In this document: positions 38,001 through 51,064 of the stretch, piece after piece
Layout of the letters: every line of letters starts with the position of its first letter
Position numbering within the stretch: the stretch's first letter is position 1
NCBI GenBank assembly: GCA_973895155.1
Contig: OZ316894.1
Coordinates: 25,728,709 to 25,792,708 of the forward strand
DNA: 64,000 bases
Origin: Marsupella aquatica
Lineage: Eukaryota; Plantae; Marchantiophyta
Reading direction: 5' to 3'
Notes under the pieces: generated by a model
Database searches by the model: none
What the model was told of the DNA's origin: nothing
Seen by the model: only the letters and a program-made list of their open reading frames with translations
Translations under genes and position numbers: made by a program

Positions 38001-39211
38001 AGTACCAGTTGAAACCTGAAGGACACCATTAGCAGAGCTCCACTGATGGCCATTTGCTTCTAAAATTCCAAGTGACATGAGATTTTTCATCATGCTGGGA
38101 ATATGTCTCACATTCCTCAACGTTCTCACAACACCATCAAACATATGAAATCTTACAGATCCAAGTCCAACAACTTGACATGGGATTCCATTTCCCATCA
38201 ACACTGACCCGTTGGAAACCGTGTAAGAACTGAAACAATCTCTCCTAGAGCAAATGTGAAAAGTACATGCACTATCTAGAATCCAGTCATCACTACCTGG
38301 ATTTGACACTACGTTGAGAGCATAACCTTGACATCACAATATGTCATCATCATCGAGTAAATCTACCTCATGCGAGCTTGATGCCGCATTAGCAGAGGCA
38401 GTAGGGACCTTTACTCGACAATCCCTTTTCATGTGGCCAAGCTTGCCACAATTCCAACATGCAAGAGGCTTCCTCTCTTGCAATTTCCGTCTGGATTTAG
38501 ATCTCCCCAGTGATGTAGATCTAAACCTGTTCTGCCCATTCGTGCGCTGCACTGCTCTTCCCCTGTTCACATTCAGCGTAGTGCCAGAAGAAGATGCTGT
38601 TTGTGATTGACCCAACTTCTTCTGAGCATCATCAGACAGTAATGAGCTCACCACCTCATTATACGAAATGGACTTCAAATCTCTGTACAAGAGCACCTGT
38701 TTCAAGCCCTGATAAGACGGTGGTAAGGAGCCCTAACCCTAAACCCTAAACCCAGAAGCAAGGCCATATCCTCATCTTCAACTCCTTTTCCCAAGTTTGA
38801 TAGATCCATCGCTAGACTGTCAAATTCATCCAGGTGATCCTGCATCTTGCTCCCTTCCTTGAGCCTAAGGCTCATCAAGAGAGACTTCTTGTACAGCCGG
38901 TTTGACGCATCTTCCCGGTAGTACTTCTCTCTTAGAGCCTTGAACAATGACGTGCAATCCGCATAATCATCCAGTTGCTTGATGATGTGCGGCTTGAGAT
39001 ATAGCATCATTGCATTGACAGCAATCACCTGCTCCTGTCTCCACTGTCTCAAAGAAATCTCCTCCTCTCCATCATACTGCTCTCGCGAAGAGAGCAGATG
39101 AGCCAAGCCCATGGCCCGTAGAACACCCTTCACTTGCTTCTCCCACAGTAAGTAATCAGTACGACCATCGTACTTCTCCACCTCAAACTTCACTCCTCCA
39201 AATCTAGCCAT
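35096..39211 (-). pseudogene. Copia gag-pol (disrupted)
   Basis: ORF pieces 38702-39415, 38334-38705, 37509-38309, 36477-37376 and 35096-36586 in gag-PR-INT-RT-RH order. Confidence 0.9.
38731..38753. repeat. Interstitial telomeric repeat (CCCTAAA)n inside Copia gag
   Basis: ccctaaccctaaaccctaaaccc. Confidence 0.85.
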
Positions 39212-42200
39212 CTCCCTCTTCTTTCCAACTACCGACAGCTCTGGTAGTAACACAGCTTCCTCCACTACACGCCGCACTGGTGATTGTACCGGTGTCACTA
39301 GTTCCTCCTCAAACGGTAGCAGCTCCTCCTCAGACTCACCGTCTGATCGTCGCGATCCTGAAGCTCCACCGACGCCAATTCTTCCAGTATCCTCCGAGTC
39401 ACTCATATGAAACAATCACAAAAAAACGTCTTTTTTCAAAACTTCTCATAAAACTCAAAACTCAACACCGCCGCGTAGCCCACAAAGCTAGGAGTCCAAT
39501 ACTGAAAACCAAAATCAAAATCAAAATTTGACAAAAAAGTTATTCAAATTTCGGTTGGGGTGGGTAAAACCTTGGGAAACTCCCCTGTTTTGACCACCTC
39601 GGAGAATAACCAAAATACCAAGTACAACCCATCGTCGGAATCACGATGTGATCGGTGTGCCGCGTTGCTAACTCCAGTGGCAACGTCGTTGCCGAAAAAG
39701 AACTAAAAAAGTTACCGTTCGGCGGATGGAATCTTTGTCGGACGGCCAAAAAACAGCTCTCTGTTTTTTTGGGAATATTCCCGCACAGTCCAACAGGGCT
39801 CACAGGGGGCCGTTCCCCCAGTCGGAGCGGTTAAAACGGAGGGTCACAGGGCCCGGGATGACGCACAACCAATGAGGAGGAGGACGAGGCCCTAAACCCC
39901 AGGCAAAGGCGCGCGTATTTGCGGCCAGAATCGCATATAAACAGCAAAAAACGTGAAAAAACGGGTTTAAAGGGGTCAAAACGCGCATATTTTCGTGTAT
40001 TTGGGCCGTATATGGGTGTTTTTGGTCGTATTTGGGCCCCAAAAGCACGTTTTCACGCTTAAAGGGGTGTGGGAGGCCGGTGTGCGCGCCGGGGCGTATG
40101 GCGAACCTGGTTTGTCGGGTATTGGGGCCGTATTGGGGCAAAAAATGCTCTAAACTAACCTTAAAAATGTGCCCAAAATGACACAAAGGCCGTGTTACAA
40201 ACCTCAGCCGCGTCCGCTTTGGTTTCCCATGAGAAAAGTGATGACCGTCGACATGAAAATTTTTCCGAATTGCACCGGCACGTCTGAAGCTCCACCAGAG
40301 AAAGAACTTCTGTTGAGTCGCCTTCACTCTGCGTCAAGTGCCAATCTCGGACTCAAAACGACCGTCTCGCCACGATCTCTCCGTTGAGCCTCAGCACTTC
40401 TTGTTTCTTCCTCCGAGTCAAGCGTCACGACGAGTAATCTGGTTCAGGGAAAAACAAGCACCATAGCTTGTCAAAAAACCAGAACGCCTCCTTCACTCGT
40501 CACAACGCACTCGTTCTGCAAACGTCAGCAAACTAGATACCAAAATGACCAGCACGCTCCAACCTTCAACTTGAACTATCACATGCGATGCCCCGCACAC
40601 CGCACAGCTCACACCGTTGAAGAAACGATCTCTGGTTTCTCCCTCGAAATACCGTCGAACACGAATAAACCCTGAATGACGCAAACATCAAATCCTCCGC
40701 ACCACGGATACCGATCAACGAGTTCTAACCACTGTTAGAAAGCCCTCTCACTAACGTATCCGCACAACCACATACATTTGAGTTCCATGCGATGAAACTC
40801 CGAATGTACCATCGACAATGAATGCTGGAAAAACCTGTCACGAAAAAACCTCGTCACCTCCCAGGCATGCTCTGATACCACTTGTTGAGCATAGACGACA
40901 TTCGCAACTGCAAACCCATGAACCATCCAACGCACAAGAGTTGACACAGAGAGATACGTGGTTCACCTCCACATGAGGCTACGTCCACAGGAACACACAA
41001 GAGCTTTACTGCACTCTAGGCCGACCGGCCATACCAAGCATCCACAGCACAAGCTCTCCATATCTCTCAACTAGCTCCGTAACAATGAGCCTAAGTTTCA
41101 CCAAGTCTGGCATCAGCCCTGGCTATATACACAACAGCACTACCGCTAACAATAGCTAAGTCCTAACCCGAGTTAGCCTAACTGTAGTTAGCTCATGAGT
41201 CACAAGACTAGAGCAATATCTAACAACTTTGGACTAAAGATCAGCCATTATTTATACTAAAGTGAACCAAATCTGTTTTTGAAACCAACAAAAATTAGTG
41301 TTACTAGGGCTCAAAATCATTTTTACCATTTTTTACTAACACTAATTAGGTGAACAGTGTAGTTTGTGAACCCTCACAGTGAACTTTACTTTGTATTTTA
41401 ATTGAAGGTTATGACATTTAACCCCCTTGCCAGCCTGATCAGACTGGGATCCCCTGACTTAAGATTCTCTGTTACTGGCATGGATCAAGGCCACAACTCA
41501 TCCCAAATATAGTTTTGCCAGTATCTACTAGTCAGGCAGACACTTGGTATCCTATGAAGTAAACGGGCTCACTGCCCTAGAGGATCACACCCCAAAATCT
41601 CCTTGAAGGGATGGGTTATCTTAGTACTTTTTTTCCTATTCCTTGCACCTGGATCTTTCAAACTAGATCTACATCTACCTTCTCACACTGACTAGTAAAA
41701 ACACTGGGCTTATTATGCATGACCTTTGACATTAGAATAATTATGTTGCTGATAGATCATTCACATTAACCTATCATTCTCACTTTTTTATGTTCAACTT
41801 TGACTTTGTTTTACTTTCTTATGTTTGACAAATCTTTGTTCAACATTTTTTATCCCACATTTTTTATATTTCATTGCTCTGTATTTTACATTTCCCAATA
41901 TTACCAGTAATGTGCACTCAAAACAAAATTAATTATCTTCCCACCCCTTTGGTCCCATGTCCCCTTCCCCATTGCAGGGCACAGGCCCCCAAGGGGCGAA
42001 AACAAATTATCTTTATCTGCTCCACACACCCCTCACAGTCTCAGCCCTAATGTTTACTCAGGAAGGTAAACTCACCTAAACCTGTGTTCTTTTCTCGGGG
42101 GCCTCACTCTAAAGGGGGCTCATAACACGCTCAAGGTTCTTAGCTATTAAACACCCTAAAAAATAAGAAAAAAAGTTTTTTAACTTTCTTTTTCTACCCC

Positions 42201-42906
42201 TATATTTTTGGAATATTCTATAAATATTCCCAAATTTCAATTCTAAACCCATTTATTTCCTTATAATTCTCAAAATTGGATTTTAAAAACCCAATGTCCT
42301 TTTACAAAAATGTAAAAGTATTCTTCTCAACCCAATATACAAACCCTATACTTATTTTTGTGTGATGGGTAGAAAAGAAATAAGTGAGGAACCCAGGGTT
42401 CTTTTGCCCCATTTGGAGCCCCATTGTTTTTCCACGCAAAACGACACCAAACTCTGCCATTTTTTTGGCCCAGGGACGAAGTCAATCAAGCCAAAAGGGG
42501 AGGGCACCATTGGCCTCACACACAGCCTGACTTGTTTTTGCTCCTCCCAGGCCTGCGACTGTGCCCTGCAACGGGGAAGGGGAGCCAAGAGGGGTTGCGG
42601 CGGGTGAACGTTAGTACTATTGGGTAGTTTGGACAGGTTAGTAAAAAGTTTTACATTTGTGCTTTTGACTTTCTTATACTCCACTTTACATGTACCACTT
42701 TCTTGGTTTTTGACATGTGAATCATTTACTTTCTACCCCTGGACATTACATGCTTTTAATTTTGTCCATTAGACATTATCATCAACCCTTCAGTGGCCTG
42801 CCTGCCTGCCCACTTAAAGCCCCACGTACTGTCCCAGGACCAAAACCTGGTGGATCCAGGTTAATAAAATGAGTGAATAATGTTCTCCAAAAACAAAACA
42901 AAAAAC

Positions 42907-45900
42907 TGTTTAATGAGAATGAATATTAATGGGAAAAACCCATGGCAATCATTTCATCAGTAAATCTTTGATACCATACTCTGCCACTTTGTTTCAGGCC
43001 ATATAGTGCCTTCAACACGCGGATAGCTAGTCCGCGGCGAGTATTCCGTACGGTTGACACAGCGGTGTCATTATTATGAGTTACATGTGTAGATGACACA
43101 TTAGGTGTAACTTGAGATAATTGTGTTATAATCTTATGTAGATATGGGATATGCGATTTAGCGCCTTGAGCTAAAGCTCGGCGACGTTGCTCCAACTCGG
43201 GAGGTGATCGCATGTATAGACAAGTGTCTAAGGTGCCATATATATATGCAGTTGCAACATCTAATTGTCGCATTTGTAGTTGGTGGAAAATGGCAAATCC
43301 GATAAGGTATCGGAATGTTGTGCTATCCATAACCGGTGAGTAAGTTTCATCGTAATGAATTCCCGGTTGTTGGGTAAATCCTTTCCCTACTAGACGTGCT
43401 TTGTAACGTACAACTTGGCCTTTATCATTTCTTTTGCGGACAAATGTCCACTTGTAGCCAATAAGATGTACGTCCTGCGGTGTTGGCTCGACTAGGCCAA
43501 AAGTGTGTCTGCTTAGTAGGGAATCTAATTCTCCATTTATAGCTTTCTGCCATTCAGGCCAATCTGGTCTGTTTTGGCATTCTAAAATGGATATTGGTTC
43601 TGGTGTCTCGTTAGTGATATTTGTTGCCACCATTAATGCAAAAGCATCATCTATTGAAGTAGTATTCCTATCCCACATCTCACCGGTGTGTGCGAAGTGG
43701 ATAGAAATCTCTTCATGAGTTGTGGATTCTGTGTGGTTGGCATCAGGTGAAGGTGGTATAGATGAACCGCGCCTTCTTGGTTGTTTATCCTTGGATCCCA
43801 AAGGTCTACCTCGTTTTGCACGAGGTTGGGATGTACTAGCTGGTTCACTTGATAATTCGATGCGAGCAGATGCTCTCGCAGCTGGAATATGTGAGCGGCT
43901 AATTTGGGATGTATCGACAAAAGCGTCGGGAAGTTCTTCCACAATCTTGTGGAGTTGTAAAATTCTTTGAACTTCTTTCTCCCCTTGATTCGTTCTAAGG
44001 TCTTGCCAAAATGGCGAGTGTCGTTCCCACTCCAAAGGTGGTTGTGGGTGTTTAGGGGTTATTAATGGTGGGTAAATGTGTTCGTCAAAATGACAATCTA
44101 GAAATCTGGCTTTAAAAACATCGCCAGTTGTGGGCTCCATGTATCGGATTATGGACGGTGAGTCGAATCCGATGTATATCCCCAACTGTCGTTGAGGTCC
44201 CATCTTGGTTCGTTTGGGTGGAGTAATGGGGACCATTACTTGACATCCAAATGAGCGAAGATGTGATAGGTCAGGTTTAATACCATTAGCAATTTGGTAT
44301 GGGCTATAGGTATTAAAGGCCGATGGGCGGTATTGGATTAATGCGTTAGCCTGTAATATGGCGTGTCCCCATGCTGAGACGGGGAGTTTTGACTGCATTA
44401 GTAATGGGCGTGCAATTAACTGAAGGTGTTTAATGACCGCTTCAGCTAATCCGTTCTGAAAATGCACGTGAGGTACAGGATATTGTACGTCTATGCCAAG
44501 TGATGTGCAAAAGTCATCAAATGTTTCGGATGTGAATTCCCCTGCATTGTCTACCCTTAGTGTCTTAATGGGGTGATCGGGGAATTGTGCTTTCACGCGC
44601 AGGATTTGCGCCAAAATACGAGGTATAACCATGTTCCTCGTTGAAAGCAGTGTCACATTTGACCATTTAGTTGATGCGTCGATTAATACCATAAAGTAGC
44701 GGAATGGTCCGCTCGGTGGGTTAATTGGCCCGCAAACATCGGCATGGATTATTTCCAAGAATTTGGGTATTTTGGTTGGCAATTTTGATGTCGTGGGCCT
44801 TGTTATTAATTTGCCGCGTGAGCATGCAGTGCATGGGGTGCTAGCTGGGATGTGGCGTGTATTGATTGGAATGCCACTTGAATTCTTAATTATTTTGGTT
44901 AGCATTGATTGGCCGGGGTGGCCGAGGTGTGCATGCCAAAGCGCGGGCAATTCACTTGTTTGGGCATTGTTATGCAGGCATTCAATATGTGTTACATAAA
45001 ACCCGCAAGGATACGAGAAAAGTGTTTCTTTAATGATTTTCCCCGTAGGGGTATTTTCAACCAAGTGTATCACTTCCTGGTCTCTTGTGTCGCCCGTCTG
45101 GACATGTAGTCCATTTGCTCGTATATCTCTAAAACTGAGGAGATTACGGGTTGCGTTCGGGGCGAAAATGGCAGATTCTATGTGAATCGCTGTACCCTGC
45201 AGTAGTCTAATGGAAGTTGGGCCGAAGCCTTCTTCTATTTGGCTAGGGCCATTTATAGTGGTCAGGGATCTACGTGAGGGTGTAATCTTGTGGAAAGGTG
45301 CCTATCCCTGAGGATAGTATGTGTGGTCGCACTGTCGATAATACATGTGCTTGGGCTATTTAAATCTGGTGTAGTGGAGCTACTTGCCACTAAGTGTGCC
45401 TCGGGTTGGGCAGGTAGGTCTGAAAAGTCTTGGAATGGGTCGCTAGACTCCATAAACGCCCCGTGGGTTTCACGGGGTGGTGCCCTAGAGGTTTGTCCGT
45501 CCCTGAGGGATCGTTGATATAGCTCTTTAAGGTGTTGCGGGATTCTACAGTTTCTGGTTAGGTGGTTGGTCATGCCGCATGCATGGCATTTTGGGCGTTC
45601 TCATTGTGGTCGGGATTGTGACCAATCATTTCTACGGTTGTTGTTATATGTTTTACCACCGCCGCGTCCGCAGCATCCACCTCGTCCTCCGCGTCCGCTG
45701 CGTCCATCGCGTCCTCCACGTCCTCCGCGTCCTCCACGTCCACTAAAGGACCGTCTGAAATTGTGTTGTGGGCGTTGGTTAAAGAAACTCCCCCTGTTGG
45801 GGTTGTTTCTATGGTTGCCATTCCTACTGCGCTTAATGCCCTGCCTTGATGTGGAGGGTTCAGCGGTGTCGGTAAGATGTGTTTCACTCTGTGATCCTGA

Positions 45901-48119
45901 GGGCAGTTTGCCCGCAGGACGTTTTCTAGAGTTAACTAAAAGGAGTTCTTGGTTTCTCTCTGTGACTAGAAGGTGGGCTATGAGCTCGGAGTATTGCCCG
46001 AACTTCATGTTTCGATACTGTGTTGATAGCCACACATTCGATGAATGAAATGTCGACAAGGTCTTCTCTAGCAGATCCTTGTTTGTAACTGGCTCGCCAC
46101 ATAGTGCGAGGGTTGAGGTTATTCTAAAGAGTTCACTATTGTAGGCTGAAATTGAGGTAAAGTCCTGGACCCGCAGGTTGAGCCAGTCTTGTCTTGCTCT
46201 AGGTAATTCGACCAATTTCTGGTGGTTGAATCGGGTCTGTAGGGCTGTCCATAGTTCCCGAGGGGTCGAAAGGTGCATGTATTGTCTCTGGAGGAATCTA
46301 TGGATGTGGCGTCTCAAGAATACTAGGGTTTTCGATTCGTTGGCTTTAGTTAATGGGTCTGGTTGGGGTTCGCCAGCTAGTAGGTTGAGCCATCCCTATA
46401 GCTGGGAGTAGGGTTAGCGAGGTTAGGTTTTCTTTTAGGTTCATGGACCATTCTAGGTAGTTGCCGCCATCTATTTCTAGGGCGGGGAAGGTGAGTTTCT
46501 CAAGGTTGGTCATCTCTAAGGTCCTGGCGTGCGGCGGTGGTGTGCGTGTTTATATATGATATATATAGTCAAAAGACAATGCACATTTGCCGCATGCAAT
46601 GGTGGAGAGAGGGTAGAGGAGAGCAATCTAAGTCGTGGGCTAGTAAAGTAAGAATGTTTGGGTTTTTTCAGAATTTAGGGTTTGCACTTATTAAGTTGGT
46701 TTTTTGTGTAAATTTATAACTGCAAGGTTTCCTTTGTAATTGCTATTTCCTTTGTGAATCTGTGCAGTTATCCAGTTGTGCACTTAGGGTTGCAGTTATG
46801 GGTTGTATTTACTCGTGCCTTGGTTAAGTGCACTCTCTGCTTTGTAAAGGAAATCTCTTTGACGAACATTGCAATTAAAGAGGGTTATGCGGTTATGTGC
46901 GGTTATGGAGCGTGCACTTAGCGGGTTTTGCTCGGTTTGACTTTCTCTCGATGTTTTGTGGTCTGTTGTTGCGCTTTTTGCTTGTGTCCGCTCGCGACCT
47001 CTACTCTGGGCTTCTCCCTTCTTGGTTTCGATCGATGCTTTCTCTCTCAGGTTGTCTTTATCGTCTTCGAGCGATGTTGTGCTTCTTTCATTGATTCTTC
47101 AATGTCCTTGTTAAAAATTTCATTTCTGAAAGTGCTCACAGTTGTCGAATGGTTGCCTTTGATCCTCTTTCCCGGATCTGCCTTACTCGGTCTTTCTTAA
47201 TCCTGCTTCGATCCCTATTAAATCTTTGTGTCCTTATGGTGGGCGGTCCCTCGCTGCGGCTTACTCCTTCGTTCCCTATCTCCTGCGCGCTTCTTTGTCC
47301 TCTTTACGATCACTTTTTGGGGTCTACTTCATTCTCGGATTCAGAATTTCCACTGCTCTCATCTCTTTCTCTTTACTTCTCGATCTCGGCCTTATCCCGT
47401 GTGACCTTTGCGAAAAACGATGCTCGTCACTAAGGTCAATTCTGTCTTTGTAATGCGTGCTCGTTAGTGCCCTCGGTATTGCGACTGCTGGAGGAAGCGA
47501 TCAGCGAGATCGAGAGTAATAATTGGCTAAATCGATAGTAGACCAGGCTCTGCTGCTGACGATGATCGCTAGCGGCCCTTCTCTCGAGTGCATTTTTAAT
47601 TCGTTTCTTTCCCTCAAATCCTTATCGATGTGTTCCTTATGATTCTGAATTCTCGCTTCTCTTGATTTCTTGCGCTCCGCTGGCTGAGTTTTCTCTCTCT
47701 CGTGTCCTTACGAGTTCGAGTCTCAATGTCCCTATGACATCTCCTTGAAATTTCGGTGCTGCCTTTCTCTTCCTTTTTCGGCTCTTACAGATCTTCGATC
47801 CTAGTCTCTCAATTCTTATTTCCTCATGATTCCTGGATTCACCTTGCTTCTAATCGTTCTCATTCAGTCCTGCATACTCTTTTTGTTTTCTATTCGTTCT
47901 TCTCGATTCACTCCGCTCAGTCTAATCGTTAATCTTATACAATCCCATTCACCATAGCAATTCAATTTTCTGGGCTCGGAGCTCCGCTGGTAAAGTCTCG
48001 TGCTGATAACGTGTTTAATGAGAATGAATATTAATCTCTGTATAGTCTGGATAAGGGTACATATAGTGGTGCTGGGATGACCGGCTGATCCGGTCATCCG
48101 GTCAAGGTAGAGTCTAACA
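42907..48119 (-). mobile_element. Bianca-like Ty1/Copia retrotransposon, internally deleted at its 3' end
   Basis: 5' LTR 48012-48119 (108 bp), 24-bp remnant of the 3' LTR at 42907-42930, TSD AAAAC, PBS GTTATCAGCACG. Gag 'LPRARQDWLNLRVQDF..YNSELFRI..LCGE', PR 'IIDSATTHTIL', INT 'IHADVCGPI', RT truncated after 'LYGLKQSGRVWY'. In-frame TGA at 45601 and a frameshift near 45270. Confidence 0.88.
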
Positions 48120-49589
48120 AAAACCACTTTCTTGTCCTCCCCTAACCTGGTCGACAATGATGGTTTAATTAAGCACTATTCCCCACCTAACCAGTGTGTG
48201 GAACCAGACAACAAGAGCAGCGCAAACTCTTTGCTGGAGACATTCACCAGAGATTTAAAAGCTGCATAAGTCATGATCTTTGAGAAACTGCAAAAAATTA
48301 ATAACAAGAGGTACTTGCTGGTTCATCGTGCACTGAATGGAATGAAGAACTACTCAGCGAGGAGCACGAGTAATAAAATGCTGAGCATGAAGACTCTCAC
48401 CATGTGGACTGGAAGCCAATCGTTTCCTGTGCAGGACAGTCTTGACGTGTCCTAATAAAGCCCTCCAAGACAGCCTCCCAGACTGAGAGAAGAAATCTAG
48501 CAGGGAGTTACGATAAGCCAGAAATCTAAAAGGGGAGGAAACCTGACCAACGGTGAGAAGACTACATCTGCCAATTAAAAGAGTTGAAGTGAAGGAATTC
48601 CTCCTTCAATGAGATCGAACTGATGAATTAAAAAAAGTTAAAGAGGCCGGAGTGACCTGTATATTGAGCCCTCAAAGAAATGTCAGTGACAGAAGGCATA
48701 ATTTGAAAGGAGCTCAAAAGGGAAGGAAATCAACACGTACATGTGTAACTCTACAAATAATATTGGCGAAGTGATTTAGCTAAAAAATTGAAGAAGAGCT
48801 TCACATTTTGAAATGGAATATAGCATCAAGTGAGCTGTAAATTACGTTGCCTAATTATGAACATTTTGATTGCATCCACGTCACTTGTCATTCGTGGCAA
48901 CAAGCAATCCTAGGTGTAGTGTGCGTGATGCAAGACCGCGTGCAACTCAAAGGTTTGAAATGAATTTTATTCATAAATTGCAAATGCAAATGGTTCATCC
49001 CGTCCAGTGCGCAGCAACAGCACTTGTCGGAGTATCATCCATTGCACAAGAAAAGACGATTCTGATGTATTCACTACAGGGCAATGAGTGATCAAACCCT
49101 GGACCATACTAACTATCGACTTGTCTGTCCCTTGCTGTTTTAATTTGGAGCTCAAGCCTAAGATCATTTTGAGTTTCCCTTGAGACTAGTCATCCAGATT
49201 CTTCTAAACCAAGATTAATCATTCCAGATTGTTTTTGTGCAGTGGCACAGGGTACCCAGCTGCAATACCATGATCAAAAGTCCAGATCAACCGCAGAGGA
49301 GTGCAGTTATTTATATGTTCAGAGAGGAAAAGCTAATCGATCTTGGTCGACTCTGCCCTCGAACATTGAGAGGATCTTCAGTTATATATATCTTGAATCA
49401 CATGACAACGCACTTCATAGGATCGACGAAGTGGGCCACGAGTTCTGAAGAGAAGGTGAATGTTGAGAAGTGGCTTGAATTGCTAGATTTCTATCTCGCA
49501 GTTGATGGAGAAGAGTCTTAGATTAGACTCCTATGAGTAGCTTGACGATGGGCGTACGTGGTGCGAAGGACGTCCTGCGAAGGCTAGTA

Positions 49590-51064
49590 TTAGCGGCGGC
49601 AGACAAAGCCAGTGCCAGCTGCACCGTTGCTAGAGCACTGGGTGCCGACTGGCAGCAGGGTCAGCACATTCTCATCTGCGGGGAACTCAGGCGTGAATTG
49701 GGCCTCCTTGCAATCGGAGTTGAGGAGACCCGTAGTAAGGAATCGGTCCTCGCCACCCAAGACTGGCATCTTCACTCCCACCTTGGCAGGGCTGACGTAC
49801 CCCGGCTGGTAAGTCTGCCCAAGTACCCCATTCACACTCTCGGAGAGGTTGTAGAATTTGAACTGCAGGTCGAAATGGGCAAATGCATCATCGCTGGGGA
49901 GCTGGTAATTGTGAGCCTTGTCTTCCTTTTGAGTGATGGGGACGACTTGAATGAGAATGGACAGCATCTTGTCGAGGACCACCTCCACCACATTCTGCTG
50001 GTAAGTTCTCTCCACGCTGAGTAGTCCATTGTCGGATCTCCACATGGCTCCTGCCTCCTCGTCAATTGCAAATGGCACTCCATCATAAGAGAAGAGCAGC
50101 TGGTCTACTTTGTCGTCCCACTGAGCCACCTTCTTGGCTCCAATCGAGAACTTGTGGGATCCGAAGAGCACACCCAAAGCTTGCACCCATGTATAGTCAC
50201 GAGAGCGGCCCTCTGGTCTCAAACCGATGAAGTGGCCGTTGATGTGCACGCTGCGGTCTGAGACCAAGCAGAAGTCCTGGTTTTTCTCTCCGTGGAAATA
50301 GAACATTGAGCCATCACCTCCAACCAGCCTTGGATCGTAGCACAGGGATCCGAATCCATTGCAGTTGGGCTTGCGATCTGCAGGTCATATATGTCAACAT
50401 TTACGTCGCAAAAACTGCTCTAGCAAAGATAAGTGCAGCGGCTCTATGGCTGAAAGCATGCAGGATGGGTGTCATGCAGACTGCAATAAGTACGCTCGTA
50501 CATAAAATTTGTAAGTTTGATGAAAACAACACAAACTATTATTTAACTAAAAGTTAAGTAAAGACGTACAAGAAAATGAGATACGTCTATCTAGATCTAC
50601 ATACACAGATTTATACATGAAGTTCAACGTCTATGTCTGAACATGCTATCTCGCACGGCCCGTACGTCGGAACCCATCTACTCTGACATATACGCTCATA
50701 CATTGTCTAAAATACTGAGCCAGGCCCATTTGGCACGAGGCCAAGGGCAATTGAGCGGAGTAGAATACGTACGCTTGCAGGTGGCAGTGCACCGGGTGCT
50801 GCAGTCAAAGAAACAAGCCTTGTCACCACTGCCAGTTGAAAAAGGATCTGGGCATTGGGTTGGGCAGGTGAGCCTTCTGTTGCAGCCCCCGAAAATGCCA
50901 CGGAAAAACGGAAAATCTGTGACACACCTTCCTCTTACCGGTAATTCTCCCGGTTCAGATAGTATCCTGACAAACCCAGATCTTTGTGCAGATGCTATGG
51001 AGGCGAGCACACCTGCGGCGATGAAGAACACCAAGTGAAGTACTACGAACGTTTTCGTCGCCAT
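49590..51064 (-). CDS. Root_cap domain / LEA-related secreted Cys-rich protein; exons 51064..50773 and 50377..49590
   Basis: Signal peptide, Cys-rich 'CPTQCP..CFFDC..CTATCK|HRKPNCNG..CYDPRLVGGDGSMFYFHG..DFCLVSD', 'RDYTWVQALG', 'DDAFAHFDLQFKF..GVLGQTYQPGYVSP'. Phase-1 GT-AG intron. Confidence 0.9.

Larger units (their letters stand above)
34546..41225 (-). mobile_element. Full-length Ty1/Copia LTR retrotransposon (Tork/Tnt1-like) with degenerate gag-pol
   Basis: LTRs 34546-34889 and 40883-41225 (TG..CA, roughly 10 differences by eye), TSD ACTTT, PBS TGGTATCAGAGC (40869-80, tRNA-Met), PPT beside 34890. Gag CCHC, PR 'WILDSAC', INT 'HSDVWGP', RT 'YVDDML', RH 'KHIDIRYHFIR'. Stops and frameshifts present. 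Confidence 0.95.
34344..41359. mobile_element. TA-TSD MITE of the same family as 17222-17602, split by the Copia insertion (pieces 34344-34545 and 41226-41359)
   Basis: TA+CACTGTTCACC at 34342 and GGTGAACAGTG+TA at 41349-61. The two flanks join into a sequence collinear with the 17.2-kb MITE. Confidence 0.85.
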
